Shown: piece by piece, positions 26,939-35,901 of the stretch
Layout of the letters: each line of letters begins with the position of its first letter
How positions within the stretch are numbered: position 1 is the stretch's first letter
From: Corallococcus sp.
GTDB taxonomy: Bacteria > Bacillota > Clostridia > Christensenellales > CAG-314
Direction of reading: 5' to 3'
Assembly: GCA_023667435.1 (NCBI GenBank)
Contig: JAMPAB010000004.1
Location: 1 to 54,829 of the forward strand
DNA: 54,829 nucleotides
Program-made: the position numbers and the translations under genes
The notes under the pieces: model-generated
Database searches by the model: none
Told to the model about the DNA's origin: nothing
What the model saw: only the letters and a program-made list of their open reading frames with translations

Positions 26939-27760
26939 TTATTTTTCCGCTTTGGCGGCAACGGTTGCCGTAGTACGTTCGTCAAGAAACTCGCGCGACA
27001 AAACGAGATGGTACAACGTTTTGCACCGCTCCGCAGGCAAAGCCAGATACGCTTCTCTTTTTATTCCGTTTGCCGAAACCTTCCCCTTTACCGCCGTAAC
27101 TTTACACGAACCGGCAACGGTTACGACTTCTATCGTCTCCGTGTTTCCTTTAAGCGACTGCTGCGCAAAATACGCGGCAAAGCCGTTGAATCTTTTTGTT
27201 ACGAAGCACACGGGCAATCCGTTGAACGTAAGCGTATTGCCGCTGTCGCAATAACCGTCGAGTGCATAATCTTTGTCGAGCGACACCGTTGCCTTAACTA
27301 CGTACGGAGCAAAACGCTTAACCTGCCTGATATAAAATACGACGGAATAACACAAAAAAGCGGTAAGCGCCGCCGCCGTTACATACACGGATAACGGTAC
27401 GTTAAGTTGATAAAATTCGCCGTTTTCCGTGACGTAACTCAGATTAAAAAAGTGAAAAACCGCGACGACGGCGCCTCCCGACACAAACGTATACGCAGCC
27501 GTAAGCAAAATATGCCAAAACAGTTTTTTACCGAATCCTACGGCGACAGCGCACATTATGACGAGACTGAACGTTTTTATAAGGTAAATTGCCGCGCCCG
27601 CAATAAATACGCTTACAACGACGCACAAGGCCCCCAACGCGCCTCCCAAAATCAGTCGAATCCGCTTATACGGCAATTTGAGAGTAAGCGCCGCCGCCCA
27701 CAGCAACAACGTATCGATTACAAAATTATCCAAAATAACGTACTCGACATAAACGTTCAT
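26939..27760 (-). CDS. spoIIGA: Sigma-E processing peptidase SpoIIGA
   Basis: Five N-terminal TM helices and the aspartic-protease motif GYCDSGNTL. Position upstream of sigE. Confidence 0.85.
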   Translation of the reverse strand: MNVYVEYVILDNFVIDTLLLWAAALTLKLPYKRIRLILGGALGALCVVVSVFIAGAAIYLIKTFSLVIMCAVAVGFGKKLFWHILLTAAYTFVSGGAVVAVFHFFNLSYVTENGEFYQLNVPLSVYVTAAALTAFLCYSVVFYIRQVKRFAPYVVKATVSLDKDYALDGYCDSGNTLTFNGLPVCFVTKRFNGFAAYFAQQSLKGNTETIEVVTVAGSCKVTAVKGKVSANGIKREAYLALPAERCKTLYHLVLSREFLDERTTATVAAKAEK

Positions 27761-27946
27761 AAAGCAATTTTAACAGTGTAAAAGGGCGACAAATTAAAAC
27801 TTTTGTAATAGCGGCAAGTATTTTGTAATAATTAAAAAAGCAGAAACTGAAAGCGTAAAAAAACTGCGAAATACCGTCGTAAGACGGTAGCCATAAGCGG
27901 CGAATTTACAAACTTTTGCCGCATTACTGCGTTGCGGCATTCGAAC

Positions 27947-27972
27947 ATAAAAAGAACCGACGTCGTCGGTTC
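27947..27972 (-). terminator. Terminator after the M23 peptidase gene
   Basis: Minus strand GAACCGACG/CGTCGGTTC hairpin followed by TTTTTAT. Confidence 0.65.
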
Positions 27973-28007
27973 TTTCGAAATTGCCGTTATTTCTATTTTT
28001 AAGACGG

Positions 28008-28670
28008 TCAGTCCTGCTCTACTTCGCGGAAGATTTCTCCCGAAACGTACGGTACGGGATCGACGGATTTTCCGTTTTTGGCAACCTCTAAATGCAAGTG
28101 CGCTCCGTCCTTAAACTCTTTCGAGGCGGACGTGGATACGGCGCCGATTTTGTCGCCTTTTTTAACGGTTTGTCCCTGCGTCACCTGTACGTCCGACAGC
28201 GAAGCGTACGTGGCTACCACGTTGTCTCCATGATCGATAGTCACCACCTGACCCAACCAGAAGTTGTCCGCAACCGATACTACCGTGCCGTCGTACATAG
28301 AGCATACGTCGGTGCCGTCGGCGGCAACAAGGTCTATTCCCTTGTGCGCTTCCCAGTCGTTAATCGTGCTGTTGAAAACGAACAGAACGTCCGTTCCGTC
28401 TGTGTAATCCATACTTACCGACGTGTACGACAACGGCGCCGAGAAGTACACTTTTACCTTTTCCTTGACAATGGGCGTAGGATCCGTCGGGTCATCGGGA
28501 GTGGGATCTACCACTACGGGCGAATCGGGAACAATCGGCGCAGTATCGCGCGTCAATGTTACCGCCAACACCACCGTAGCTATTGCGAGTATGCAAAATA
28601 CCAACAAGAGCAGCGCGGCGTGATTGCGCAAAAATCTTGTAAATTTGTTTGTTTGTTTTGTAGAATTCAT
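28008..28670 (-). CDS. Membrane-anchored M23/LytM peptidase, SpoIIQ-like
   Basis: N-terminal TM helix. LytM motifs HKGIDL and HLHLEV are intact. Start taken at MNSTKQ (ATG 28668-28670) after GGAGG. Confidence 0.75.
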   Translation of the reverse strand: MNSTKQTNKFTRFLRNHAALLLLVFCILAIATVVLAVTLTRDTAPIVPDSPVVVDPTPDDPTDPTPIVKEKVKVYFSAPLSYTSVSMDYTDGTDVLFVFNSTINDWEAHKGIDLVAADGTDVCSMYDGTVVSVADNFWLGQVVTIDHGDNVVATYASLSDVQVTQGQTVKKGDKIGAVSTSASKEFKDGAHLHLEVAKNGKSVDPVPYVSGEIFREVEQD

Positions 28671-28808
28671 TATGAGCCTCCGTAATTGTTTGTTGAGATT
28701 TTTTCCATTTATCTTCCGCAATATACCCGTTGAACGAATTTTTACCGTTTCGCTCTTTTACGTGTACGCAATCTTTTTTATTACGCCTGTAAACGTTTGA
28801 CGAGCGCT

Positions 28809-29273
28809 TCAATATTCTCCGAGAATAAGCGGATAACCTATTGTAATAATTCCGTCGGCATAAGCAAGTTGAATGTTTACTTTTACGCCGTCCACCGTTA
28901 TTCCGCCGCGTATTCTGCCGCTTCTGCCCGTAGCGACTAAAACGCCGCCTATACTTTCTTCGTTGCAAACGCTAAAACGCAATTTGCGGAGCAGCGCTTC
29001 GAAGTCCTCGACCGAACCGTTAAACGTCGCGCTGAACCCGTCTATCGCCGAACATTTCGAGAGCGTTTGCGTCAGTTCGTCTATGCCGCAGCGCGTTATA
29101 TAACCGTAACCCAAATTTACAGACGGCAATTCGGTCGCGCGGCAATACACGCAAACGTAGGCATCGCTCGGAACAAATCGGCGCAATTCCCGCTCGAAAG
29201 GCTGCGGAATGAAAAGACACATCGCGCCGATAACCGTCAGAACAAGTAAAGTTGTAACTATAAATCTTTTCAT
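28809..29273 (-). CDS. Hypothetical exported protein, YwmB (DUF1779)-like C-terminus
   Basis: Signal/TM helix at the N-terminus. The C-terminal NIQLAYADGIITIGYPLILGEY resembles the YwmB ending NLQIAL...VTVGTPIVTTEY, which I am recalling from memory. Confidence 0.45.
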   Translation of the reverse strand: MKRFIVTTLLVLTVIGAMCLFIPQPFERELRRFVPSDAYVCVYCRATELPSVNLGYGYITRCGIDELTQTLSKCSAIDGFSATFNGSVEDFEALLRKLRFSVCNEESIGGVLVATGRSGRIRGGITVDGVKVNIQLAYADGIITIGYPLILGEY

Positions 29274-29699
29274 TGAGTCACCGATGAAATTGTTGACAGG
29301 TTGACGTAAAATAATACTTCGAGATTAAATTATAAAAACTAAAAAACCGAATTCCCTAATGCAGATGCCGTCGAACTAACGCGGAATACAATTTTAACCC
29401 GCAACGTAAAATTTCAAAAAAACAAGAAAAAATAACGGCAACGTACTTTGTTATTAAACGGAAAATTTTCGCATATTACCTACGGCCGCAGAAAGAAAAT
29501 CGGTCGACGGTCACAAAGTACGTCTCGAATACGATTTGCCGCAATTTAATACTTACGGTCAAAAACAACAAGTATTAAAGGACAATCAAATATAAAAATA
29601 TCGACGGTATTTTGACAACCTCGCAAATAAAAAATTCGTTTTGGATAATAAAATATAAACCGTGTCGCGAACGACCGTACGGTAATCGGGGTTTTCTTG

Positions 29700-29737
29700 C
29701 ATAAAAACAGAGAGAAGGTTTTTCCTTGCTCTCTGTT
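29700..29737 (-). terminator. Terminator after prs
   Basis: Minus strand AACAGAGAG-caaggaaaaacctt-CTCTCTGTT followed by TTTTAT. Confidence 0.7.
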
Positions 29738-29842
29738 AATTGTTTTGCATATTTAATTTCCTATCCGCATCGACGTCGGCTATCGTACTGCCGCCGTTTG
29801 AATGGAGAAATTGCCGATTCTCCGACCAAACGTTTCACGTTA

Positions 29843-30796
29843 CTATTCGTAAAGTTTGGAAACGGGCAAATCGGTATATACGCGTTCGATTGCTTCGGCG
29901 AAGATATCTGCAATGCTTACCGTTTCTATTTTGTCTATGCGCTTGTCTTCGGGAAGTTCGATTGTGTCGAGAATAACTATCTTAGACAGCGGACTTGCCT
30001 GCAAACGCTCGATTGCGGGTCCAGATAAGACCGCGTGAGTACAGCAGGCTATAACCTCGCTTGCGCCGTTATCCACAAGCGCTTGCGCCCCCTGACAAAT
30101 CGTACCTGCGGTATCGATCATATCGTCAAGCATCAGACACATACGTCCCTTGACGTCGCCGACAACGTTCATAACCTCCATAACGTTCGCCTGCGGACGG
30201 CGTTTGTCGATGATTGCAAGCGGCGCGTTAAACTTGGTCGCCATAGCGCGCGAGCGCACTACGCTTCCCGTGTCGGGACTTACAATTGTAAGATTAGACG
30301 GAACGCCCACTTTCATAAAATGCTTGCTTAACACAGGCATTCCCATAAGATTATCTACAGGTATGTTGAAGAAACCTTGCAACTGACTGCTGTGCAAATC
30401 CATAGTTAACACGCGGTTTGCGCCGGCAGCTTGCAGAATATCCGCTACGAGTTTGGCGGAAATAGGATCGCGCGCACGAGCTTTACGGTCCTGCCGCGCA
30501 TATCCGAAATACGGTATTACCGCCGTTATACGTCCTGCGGACGCGCGCTTGCAGGCGTCGATTATCAACAGCAATTCCATTAAGTTATCGTTTACGGGGG
30601 TATTAGTAGACTGAACTATAAATACGTCGCATCCGCGAACCGATTCTTTTATGTTTACCGACGTTTCCCCGTCGGAGAACTTGCCGACCTCCATTTTGCC
30701 GAGTTCCAAATCGAGTTGCGCGCAAATAGCTTGCGCCAGCTTTTTACTGGAATTACCGGCAAAAATCTTGATTGCTCCGTGTATTTGATTGAGCAT
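29843..30796 (-). CDS. prs: Ribose-phosphate pyrophosphokinase
   Basis: IKIFAGNSSKKLAQ, GYARQDRK, and the PRPP loop DDMIDTAGT. Start taken at MLNQIHG (ATG 30794-30796) after GGGGG. Confidence 0.95.
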   Translation of the reverse strand: MLNQIHGAIKIFAGNSSKKLAQAICAQLDLELGKMEVGKFSDGETSVNIKESVRGCDVFIVQSTNTPVNDNLMELLLIIDACKRASAGRITAVIPYFGYARQDRKARARDPISAKLVADILQAAGANRVLTMDLHSSQLQGFFNIPVDNLMGMPVLSKHFMKVGVPSNLTIVSPDTGSVVRSRAMATKFNAPLAIIDKRRPQANVMEVMNVVGDVKGRMCLMLDDMIDTAGTICQGAQALVDNGASEVIACCTHAVLSGPAIERLQASPLSKIVILDTIELPEDKRIDKIETVSIADIFAEAIERVYTDLPVSKLYE

Positions 30797-30875
30797 ATAT
30801 CCCCCAAAATATTGCAAGGTTTTCAAAGAACCCTGTAATTGCAAGCAAAAAACTTCTTCGTTAGCTTACGGTATA

Positions 30876-30904
30876 ATTGTATATTTTTGCCTCGAATGTG
30901 TCAA
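30876..30904 (-). promoter_or_regulatory. Sigma-A-type promoter of prs
   Basis: Minus strand TTGACA, 17-nt spacer, TACAAT. Confidence 0.65.
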
Positions 30905-31085
30905 GCAAAAAGAACGGTACGCGACATACACAATATTTCGCTATTGTCGGCTTATTTAAATATAAACAATATTGTTTTGCGCGCGATTGCCCGTTCGTAA
31001 ACGGCAACCGTTCGAGCTTGCGGAAGCGAGACCGCATTTAAGCGTAAAAACACGGCTCACATGGTAAATTTACATATTTGCGGTT

Positions 31086-31130
31086 AAAAAAACAACGCGC
31101 CACGTAAAAATACCGTAACGCGCATTGTTC
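31086..31130 (-). terminator. Probable terminator after the DUF1540 gene
   Basis: Minus strand imperfect hairpin AACAATGCGCG...GCGCGTTGTT followed by T7. Confidence 0.5.
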
Positions 31131-31137
31131 CTTTTAA

Positions 31138-31299
31138 TCAGTACGTTGTTATCTTTTCTTCGTAATCCTTGCAAAAATGGGCAGTCTCGCAATCGTCGCA
31201 GGGAGTTACCGTTATCTGATTGAGTTTGCAGCAGCATTGGTCTCCGTTGTGGTGTTTGCAGGCAAACACGTCGCATAATATTGTTTGTTGATTTTTCAT
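31138..31299 (-). CDS. DUF1540 cysteine-rich small protein
   Basis: 53 aa, MKNQQTILCDVFACKHHNGDQCCCKLNQITVTPCDDCETAHFCKDY. GGAGG Shine-Dalgarno. The track ORF is N-terminally over-extended. Confidence 0.7.
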   Translation of the reverse strand: MKNQQTILCDVFACKHHNGDQCCCKLNQITVTPCDDCETAHFCKDYEEKITTY

Positions 31300-31361
31300 A
31301 TTACATCCTCCGTTTTTAATATAATATAACACACACGGGCAACATTTACTGCAATGCGCTA

Positions 31362-31775
31362 TCTTCAACGTGATGTGTTGTATAATAGCGATTAGCAGTT
31401 GTTAATAGCAGTTAACTGTTCTCTATATGCTATTATAAAACAAAAGATTAGGTTTAACGGCATTTAACTACTGTTTATTACATCGTATCACGTTGATAGT
31501 TATGCGTTGCAATAAGCAAAGCGCGTGTACGATATAATAGCGTAAAGACAATAATTAACGACGTTTAACTACGTATTACTGCTATTAATCGATTATATCG
31601 GACCACGTTGATAATTACATATTGCAATAAGTTTTGCTCGCGTACGATACAATATAAGTTTGTCCGATATATCTTCTTAAAATACCTCCTCGCCTTGACG
31701 AAACGCAGAGAATAATGTATACTTTATACGACACGGCACGGTTGACGCTTACGCGCATATCACGTTAATAAGCGA
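31362..31775. repeat. Three to four diverged tandem copies (about 115-125 bp each) of the rplI upstream/leader region
   Basis: Motif ATCACGTTGATA at 31487, ACCACGTTGATA at 31603, ATCACGTTAATA at 31758, and an inverted copy at 31366-31377. Other recurring blocks are TTGCAATAAG, CGTACGATA(T/C)AATA, TTTAACTAC..TATTAC and TATTACTGC. Confidence 0.55.
31695..31723 (+). promoter_or_regulatory. Sigma-A-type promoter upstream of rplI
   Basis: TTGACG, 17-nt spacer, TATACT. A second TTGACG-N17-TTAATA follows at 31741-31769. Confidence 0.6.
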
Positions 31776-31805
31776 CAACTTAATATTACTGCGAGGTAAC
31801 AATTT

Positions 31806-32243
31806 ATGAAAATACTGTTATTGCAAGACGTAAAAGGACAAGGCAAAAAAGGCGAAATAATCAACGTGTCCGACGGATATGCGAACAACTTTCTTTTAAA
31901 AAAGGGACTGGGCGTTGTGGCAACCGCAGATACTATAAACTCCGTAGCTATTAAAAACAAGGCAATCGAACGCCAAAAAGCGGAAGAGAAACAAAAAGCG
32001 CAAGACGATGCAAAAAAACTCAAAGGACAGGTAATACGCATTGTCGCAAGTAAGGGAAGTCAGGGCAAAATGTACGGAAGCATTACGAATAAAGAAATCG
32101 CCGAAGAACTGACAAAGCTAGGGTATCCCGTCGATAAAAAACAAGTTGTACTCAAAGACCCCATTCGCGTTACCGGCGAATATTCCGTTACGGTAAAAAT
32201 GTACGCGGAGATATCCGCTACCGTCACCGTTGTCGTAGAATAG
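31806..32243 (+). CDS. rplI: 50S ribosomal protein L9
   Basis: MKILLLQDVKGQGKKGEIINVSDGYANNFLLKKGL. 145 aa. GAGGT Shine-Dalgarno. Confidence 0.95.
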   Translation: MKILLLQDVKGQGKKGEIINVSDGYANNFLLKKGLGVVATADTINSVAIKNKAIERQKAEEKQKAQDDAKKLKGQVIRIVASKGSQGKMYGSITNKEIAEELTKLGYPVDKKQVVLKDPIRVTGEYSVTVKMYAEISATVTVVVE

Positions 32244-32278
32244 CGCAAAACAAGCGAAAACTTCTGTTTGCAAAATCG

Positions 32279-32314
32279 AAAAACGCTCCGAACCGTAAGA
32301 TTCGAAGCGTTTTC
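32279..32314. terminator. Bidirectional terminator between rplI and rplL
   Basis: AAAACGCTCCGAA-ccgtaaga-TTCGAAGCGTTTT with T runs on both strands. Confidence 0.75.
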
Positions 32315-32328
32315 TGTTAAGAATAAGA

Positions 32329-32697
32329 TTATTTAAGTTCGGCTTCTGCGCCTGCTTCGGTAAGAGTTTTAACCATACCTTCTGCGGTTTCCTTAGGTTG
32401 AGCTTCCTTGATAGTAGCGGGAGCGCTTTCAACAAGATTCTTAGCTTCAACAAGACCGAGACCGGTAAGTTCGCGAACGGCTTTGATAACGGCGATTTTG
32501 TTAGCGCCGATAGCCTTCAATACTACGTCGAATTCCGTCTTTTCTTCAACAACGGGAGCTGCCGCCGCAGCGCCGCCTGCAACCGCGATGGGAGCTGCCG
32601 CGCTTACGCCGAATTCTTCTTCGATAGCGTGTACGAGTTCGTTAAGTTCCAAAACAGAGAGAGCCTTAATCTCTTCGATAAATTTTTTTGTATCCAT
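32329..32697 (-). CDS. rplL: 50S ribosomal protein L7/L12
   Basis: Ala-rich hinge and C-terminal [30 protein letters not shown]. Confidence 0.97.
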   Translation of the reverse strand: MDTKKFIEEIKALSVLELNELVHAIEEEFGVSAAAPIAVAGGAAAAAPVVEEKTEFDVVLKAIGANKIAVIKAVRELTGLGLVEAKNLVESAPATIKEAQPKETAEGMVKTLTEAGAEAELK

Positions 32698-32773
32698 TGT
32701 AAAATTTCTCCTATTATATTTTTAATTGTGTTTTTGTCCCGATACGGGAGGACTGCCCGCTGCGAGCAAATAA

Positions 32774-33289
32774 TTACTCGGCTTTTTCTGCAACTGCGTT
32801 TAAAGCAACTGCCAAACCGCGCATCGGCGCGGACAATACGGATACCAACATACCGAGAAGAGTTTCTCTGTTGGGAACCTTAGACATAGCGTCGCAAGTA
32901 GCTGCGTCGGCATATTGTTTGTCGAACATACCGCACTTAATCTTCATGGCGTTAAACTTTTTGATGCCTTCCGCCGCGACCTTAGCGGGCGCAATGGCGT
33001 CTTTCGTTCCGAAAGCAAACGCGCTCGGTCCGTTTAACGCTTCGTCGAATTCGGTGTAACCGAGTTCGTTAAGAGCTTTGCGGAACAAAGTGTTTTTAAG
33101 AACCTTGTATTCTACGTCGTTCTTTCTGAACTCCGAACGGAATTCGGTGTCCTGAGCAACGGTCAAACCTTTATAATCGATGATAACAAACGATTCGCTG
33201 TTTTGAATTTGCTCTTTGATTTGTTCAACGGTTTCTCTTTTTGCCAATTGAGAGGGACTGAGATGTCCTTGATGACGTTCGTGATCCAT
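32774..33289 (-). CDS. rplJ: 50S ribosomal protein L10
   Basis: FVIIDYKGLTVAQDTEFRSEFRKNDVEYKVLKNTL. AAGGAGG Shine-Dalgarno 9 nt upstream of ATG 33289. Confidence 0.93.
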   Translation of the reverse strand: MDHERHQGHLSPSQLAKRETVEQIKEQIQNSESFVIIDYKGLTVAQDTEFRSEFRKNDVEYKVLKNTLFRKALNELGYTEFDEALNGPSAFAFGTKDAIAPAKVAAEGIKKFNAMKIKCGMFDKQYADAATCDAMSKVPNRETLLGMLVSVLSAPMRGLAVALNAVAEKAE

Positions 33290-33463
33290 TGTCGTTTTCC
33301 TCCTTTTAAGATTTTTAATTAAAAACCCTTGCGCCGCAAACGGTACAAGGGTAGGAAAACCTATATTTTGTACCTCGGCAAGATTTACTGTTACTTGCTG
33401 TCTTTGGAACGGTTAGGGTTGATAATTTTAAGTTTTGTCAATTAAACGGGCTTGACGCAAGCT
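33290..33463 (-). promoter_or_regulatory. rplJ (L10) leader with an attenuator-like hairpin
   Basis: Minus strand CCCTTGTACCGTTTGCGGCGCAAGGG followed by TTTTT (33319-33351), immediately upstream of the rplJ Shine-Dalgarno. This matches the position of the Firmicute L10 leader. Confidence 0.5.
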
Positions 33464-34144
33464 CTATTTATACGATACCTTGATGCCGGGACCCATCGTC
33501 GTAGCGATTGCAACCGATTTGAGATAAGTTCCCTTAGCTGCGGCGGGTTTCGCCTTGATAATTGCATCCATAATCGCCGTAGCGTTTTCGAGCAACTTAT
33601 CGCGTCCGAAAGATTTCTTTCCGAAAATAACGTGACAAATAGATTGCTTGTCGAGACGGTATTCTACCTTACCTGCTTTGATATCGTGGATAGTCTTGGC
33701 AATATCCATAGTAACGGTTCCGCTCTTGGGGTTAGGCATAAGACCCTTAGGTCCCAAAATTCTACCCATACGACCGACCAGACCCATCATATCGGGAGTG
33801 GTAACAAGTACGTCGAAGTCGAACCAGTTTTCTTTTTGCATCTTTTCGATATATTCTTCGGCGCCTACGTAATCCGCGCCTGCCGCTTGCGCTTCGTCCG
33901 CCTTAGCGCCTTTTGCTATTACCAACACGCGGACGGTTTTACCCGTTCCGTTGGGAAGCACTACTACGCCTCTTACCTGTTGGTCCGCTTTACGGCTGTC
34001 AACGCCCAGTTTTACGTGGAGTTCCAACGTTTCGTCGAATTTGGCGGTTGCAATATCGATTGCCGTTTGAATTGCTTCGCTCATATCGTATTGCTTTGTT
34101 TTGTCGATTTTCTTTACAGCATCAACATATTTCTTTCCTTTCAT
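33464..34144 (-). CDS. rplA: 50S ribosomal protein L1
   Basis: 226 aa. [31 protein letters not shown] Shine-Dalgarno. Confidence 0.97.
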   Translation of the reverse strand: MKGKKYVDAVKKIDKTKQYDMSEAIQTAIDIATAKFDETLELHVKLGVDSRKADQQVRGVVVLPNGTGKTVRVLVIAKGAKADEAQAAGADYVGAEEYIEKMQKENWFDFDVLVTTPDMMGLVGRMGRILGPKGLMPNPKSGTVTMDIAKTIHDIKAGKVEYRLDKQSICHVIFGKKSFGRDKLLENATAIMDAIIKAKPAAAKGTYLKSVAIATTMGPGIKVSYK

Positions 34145-34155
34145 TTGACGCCTCC

Positions 34156-34581
34156 TTAACCTTCAACGACAATGCCCATACTGCGAGCTGTTCCGGCTAT
34201 CATAGAGCAAGCTGCTTCAAGCGATGCGGCGTTTAAGTCCACCATTTTGAGCTTAGCTATCTCTTCGATTTGCGCGTGAGTGATCTTGGCAACCTTAGTT
34301 CTGTTGGGAACGGCGCTTCCGCTTTCTATTCCGCAAGCTTTCTTGATAAGCACGGGAGCGGGCGGCGTTTTCAAAATAAACGTAAAGCTGTGATCCTGAT
34401 AAATAGTTACGATAACGGGAATGATAAGTCCCGCTTTATCGGCTGTTCTCGCATTGAAATCCTTAGTGAAACCGGGTATATTGATACCGTGAGGACCGAG
34501 AGCCGAACCTACCGGAGGAGCGGGAGTCGCTTTGCCGGCGGGCAGTTGAAGTTTAACTACTGCAGTTACCTTCTTAGCCAT
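34156..34581 (-). CDS. rplK: 50S ribosomal protein L11
   Basis: [35 protein letters not shown]. Confidence 0.97.
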   Translation of the reverse strand: MAKKVTAVVKLQLPAGKATPAPPVGSALGPHGINIPGFTKDFNARTADKAGLIIPVIVTIYQDHSFTFILKTPPAPVLIKKACGIESGSAVPNRTKVAKITHAQIEEIAKLKMVDLNAASLEAACSMIAGTARSMGIVVEG

Positions 34582-34689
34582 AATAAGCCTCCTAAACCTG
34601 GTGTTAACGGAAGAAACGCTTGAGATTTATTTCTTCCTCCCAAATTCCGCGTCTAATACGGCGTTACGCGGAAAACGCCGAAAGTCAAG

Positions 34690-35235
34690 CTATTCTACGA
34701 TAGTAGGATTGCTGATTTTTTCCAATTGAATAAAGTCCATATCTACGGACGTTTCGCGTCCGAACATATTGAGGATAACCTGCGCCTTTTGACGGGCAAC
34801 GTCGATTTCCTTGATAACGCCTACCAAACCTTCGAAAGGACCGGATATTACCGTTACGCTGTCTCCTACAACCATACTGAAATCTACGACGCGTTCCTCT
34901 AAACGCAGACGTTTGACTTCGTCGTCTTCGAGAGGCCACGCCTTACCGTTAGGACCCACGAAACCCGTAACGCCGCGAGTATTGGTAAGCATAAACCACA
35001 GCTGCGAGGAGTAGACCAGCTTTATAAATACGTAACCGGGCATAACCTTAGCTTCGTATGCTTTCTTCTTGCCGTTTTTATCTTCGATAAGCGTCTCGGT
35101 GGGAATTTTGGTGTCGAGAATGACGTTCTGCAAATTTCCGTTTTCCACCATTTGCTCGATGCTTTTCTTTACAAGACTTTCATATCCCGAGTACGTATGA
35201 AGAATATACCATTTTGCGTTGTTAGATTCACTCAT
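34690..35235 (-). CDS. nusG: Transcription termination/antitermination factor NusG
   Basis: WYILHTYSGYE, with a KOW region GDSVTVISGPFEGLVGVI. Confidence 0.95.
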   Translation of the reverse strand: MSESNNAKWYILHTYSGYESLVKKSIEQMVENGNLQNVILDTKIPTETLIEDKNGKKKAYEAKVMPGYVFIKLVYSSQLWFMLTNTRGVTGFVGPNGKAWPLEDDEVKRLRLEERVVDFSMVVGDSVTVISGPFEGLVGVIKEIDVARQKAQVILNMFGRETSVDMDFIQLEKISNPTIVE

Positions 35236-35254
35236 AATTATACGCTTACCTTTA

Positions 35255-35470
35255 TTAACCGATCAGAGTAATTAACCAACCGAACAATAAGTCTACGCCG
35301 TAAATGATTAAAGCGAAGAACAAAACTACAAGCAAAACTATGCCGGTATTTTTTAATACCGTTTTAAATCCGGGCCAAGATACTTTTTTAAGTTCGGACC
35401 AACTCTTTACAAAGAAAGCTCCCAATCTTTTAAATACGTTGGGCTTTTTAGCTTTTTGTTGCGCTGCCAT
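35255..35470 (-). CDS. secE: Preprotein translocase subunit SecE
   Basis: 71 aa. SELKKVSWPGFKTVLKNTGIVLLVV. Position upstream of nusG. Confidence 0.9.
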   Translation of the reverse strand: MAAQQKAKKPNVFKRLGAFFVKSWSELKKVSWPGFKTVLKNTGIVLLVVLFFALIIYGVDLLFGWLITLIG

Positions 35471-35481
35471 AACTGTTCTCC

Positions 35482-35649
35482 TTACTTAGACTCTTTGTGA
35501 ACGGTGTGCTTTTTGCAGAATCTGCAATATTTGTTGCGTTCAAGTCTGTCGGTAGTCGTCTTGCCGTTTTTGTAAGTGTCGTAGTTGCGTTGTTTGCATT
35601 CGGTGCAAGCAAGCACGACCTTGACTCTATTACCTTTTTTTGCAGCCAT
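35482..35649 (-). CDS. rpmG: 50S ribosomal protein L33
   Basis: Below the ORF-track length cutoff. My translation is [60 protein letters not shown] Shine-Dalgarno. Confidence 0.9.
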   Translation of the reverse strand: MAAKKGNRVKVVLACTECKQRNYDTYKNGKTTTDRLERNKYCRFCKKHTVHKESK

Positions 35650-35725
35650 AGTAAAATCTCCCGTTGCGCCCGAAATACAATTTTCGCACGCAAAAAATTA
35701 CACCCCGTATCAGAAGTGCTAGATA

Positions 35726-35754
35726 ATAATAACATAATTTACAACCGATGTCAA
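35726..35754 (-). promoter_or_regulatory. Sigma-A-type promoter of rpmG-secE-nusG
   Basis: Minus strand TTGACA, 17-nt spacer, TATTAT. Confidence 0.55.
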
Positions 35755-35827
35755 CGATATTTAGTCGATTTAAAAACTAAAAATTGTCTTGTTTTGCATA
35801 TTGCGTTTTTTTCCGTAAATTCGGGTC

Positions 35828-35856
35828 TTGACAAATGCCGTTAAATATATTAGAAT
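35828..35856 (+). promoter_or_regulatory. Sigma-A-type promoter of cdd
   Basis: TTGACA, 17-nt spacer, TAGAAT. Confidence 0.6.
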
Positions 35857-35901
35857 AATAACCCGCCTAAAAACGGAAAAAACTTCAAACGGAGAGTCTT
35901 T

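Noticed and set aside
27761-27946. Spo0A boxes (TGTCGAA) and a spoIIG-type promoter upstream of spoIIGA.
   Set aside because: Only loose matches are present (TTTGTCGCC, TGTTCGAA). I found no convincing -35/-10 pair or Shine-Dalgarno, which is too weak to annotate without a matrix scan.
28492-28968. A 158-aa Arg/Lys-rich minus-strand ORF bridging the M23 peptidase and YwmB-like genes.
   Set aside because: It is an out-of-frame overlap with two better-supported genes, and its composition is typical of an alternative-frame artefact.
31362-31775. Whether the reiterated units upstream of rplI are a CRISPR array.
   Set aside because: The units are about 115-125 bp and diverged along their whole length. 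There is no short (24-40 nt) conserved repeat alternating with unique spacers, and no cas genes are in the window.
33452-34159. A 235-aa plus-strand ORF opposite rplA, plus ORFs overlapping rplL and rplJ (32118-32453, 32398-32883).
   Set aside because: These are shadow ORFs opposite ribosomal protein genes.
35448-35735. A 95-aa minus-strand ORF between secE and cdd.
   Set aside because: It overlaps, in another frame, a textbook 55-aa L33 (rpmG, 35482-35649) that has a Shine-Dalgarno and the CxxC...CxxC motif. The longer ORF has no recognisable features.
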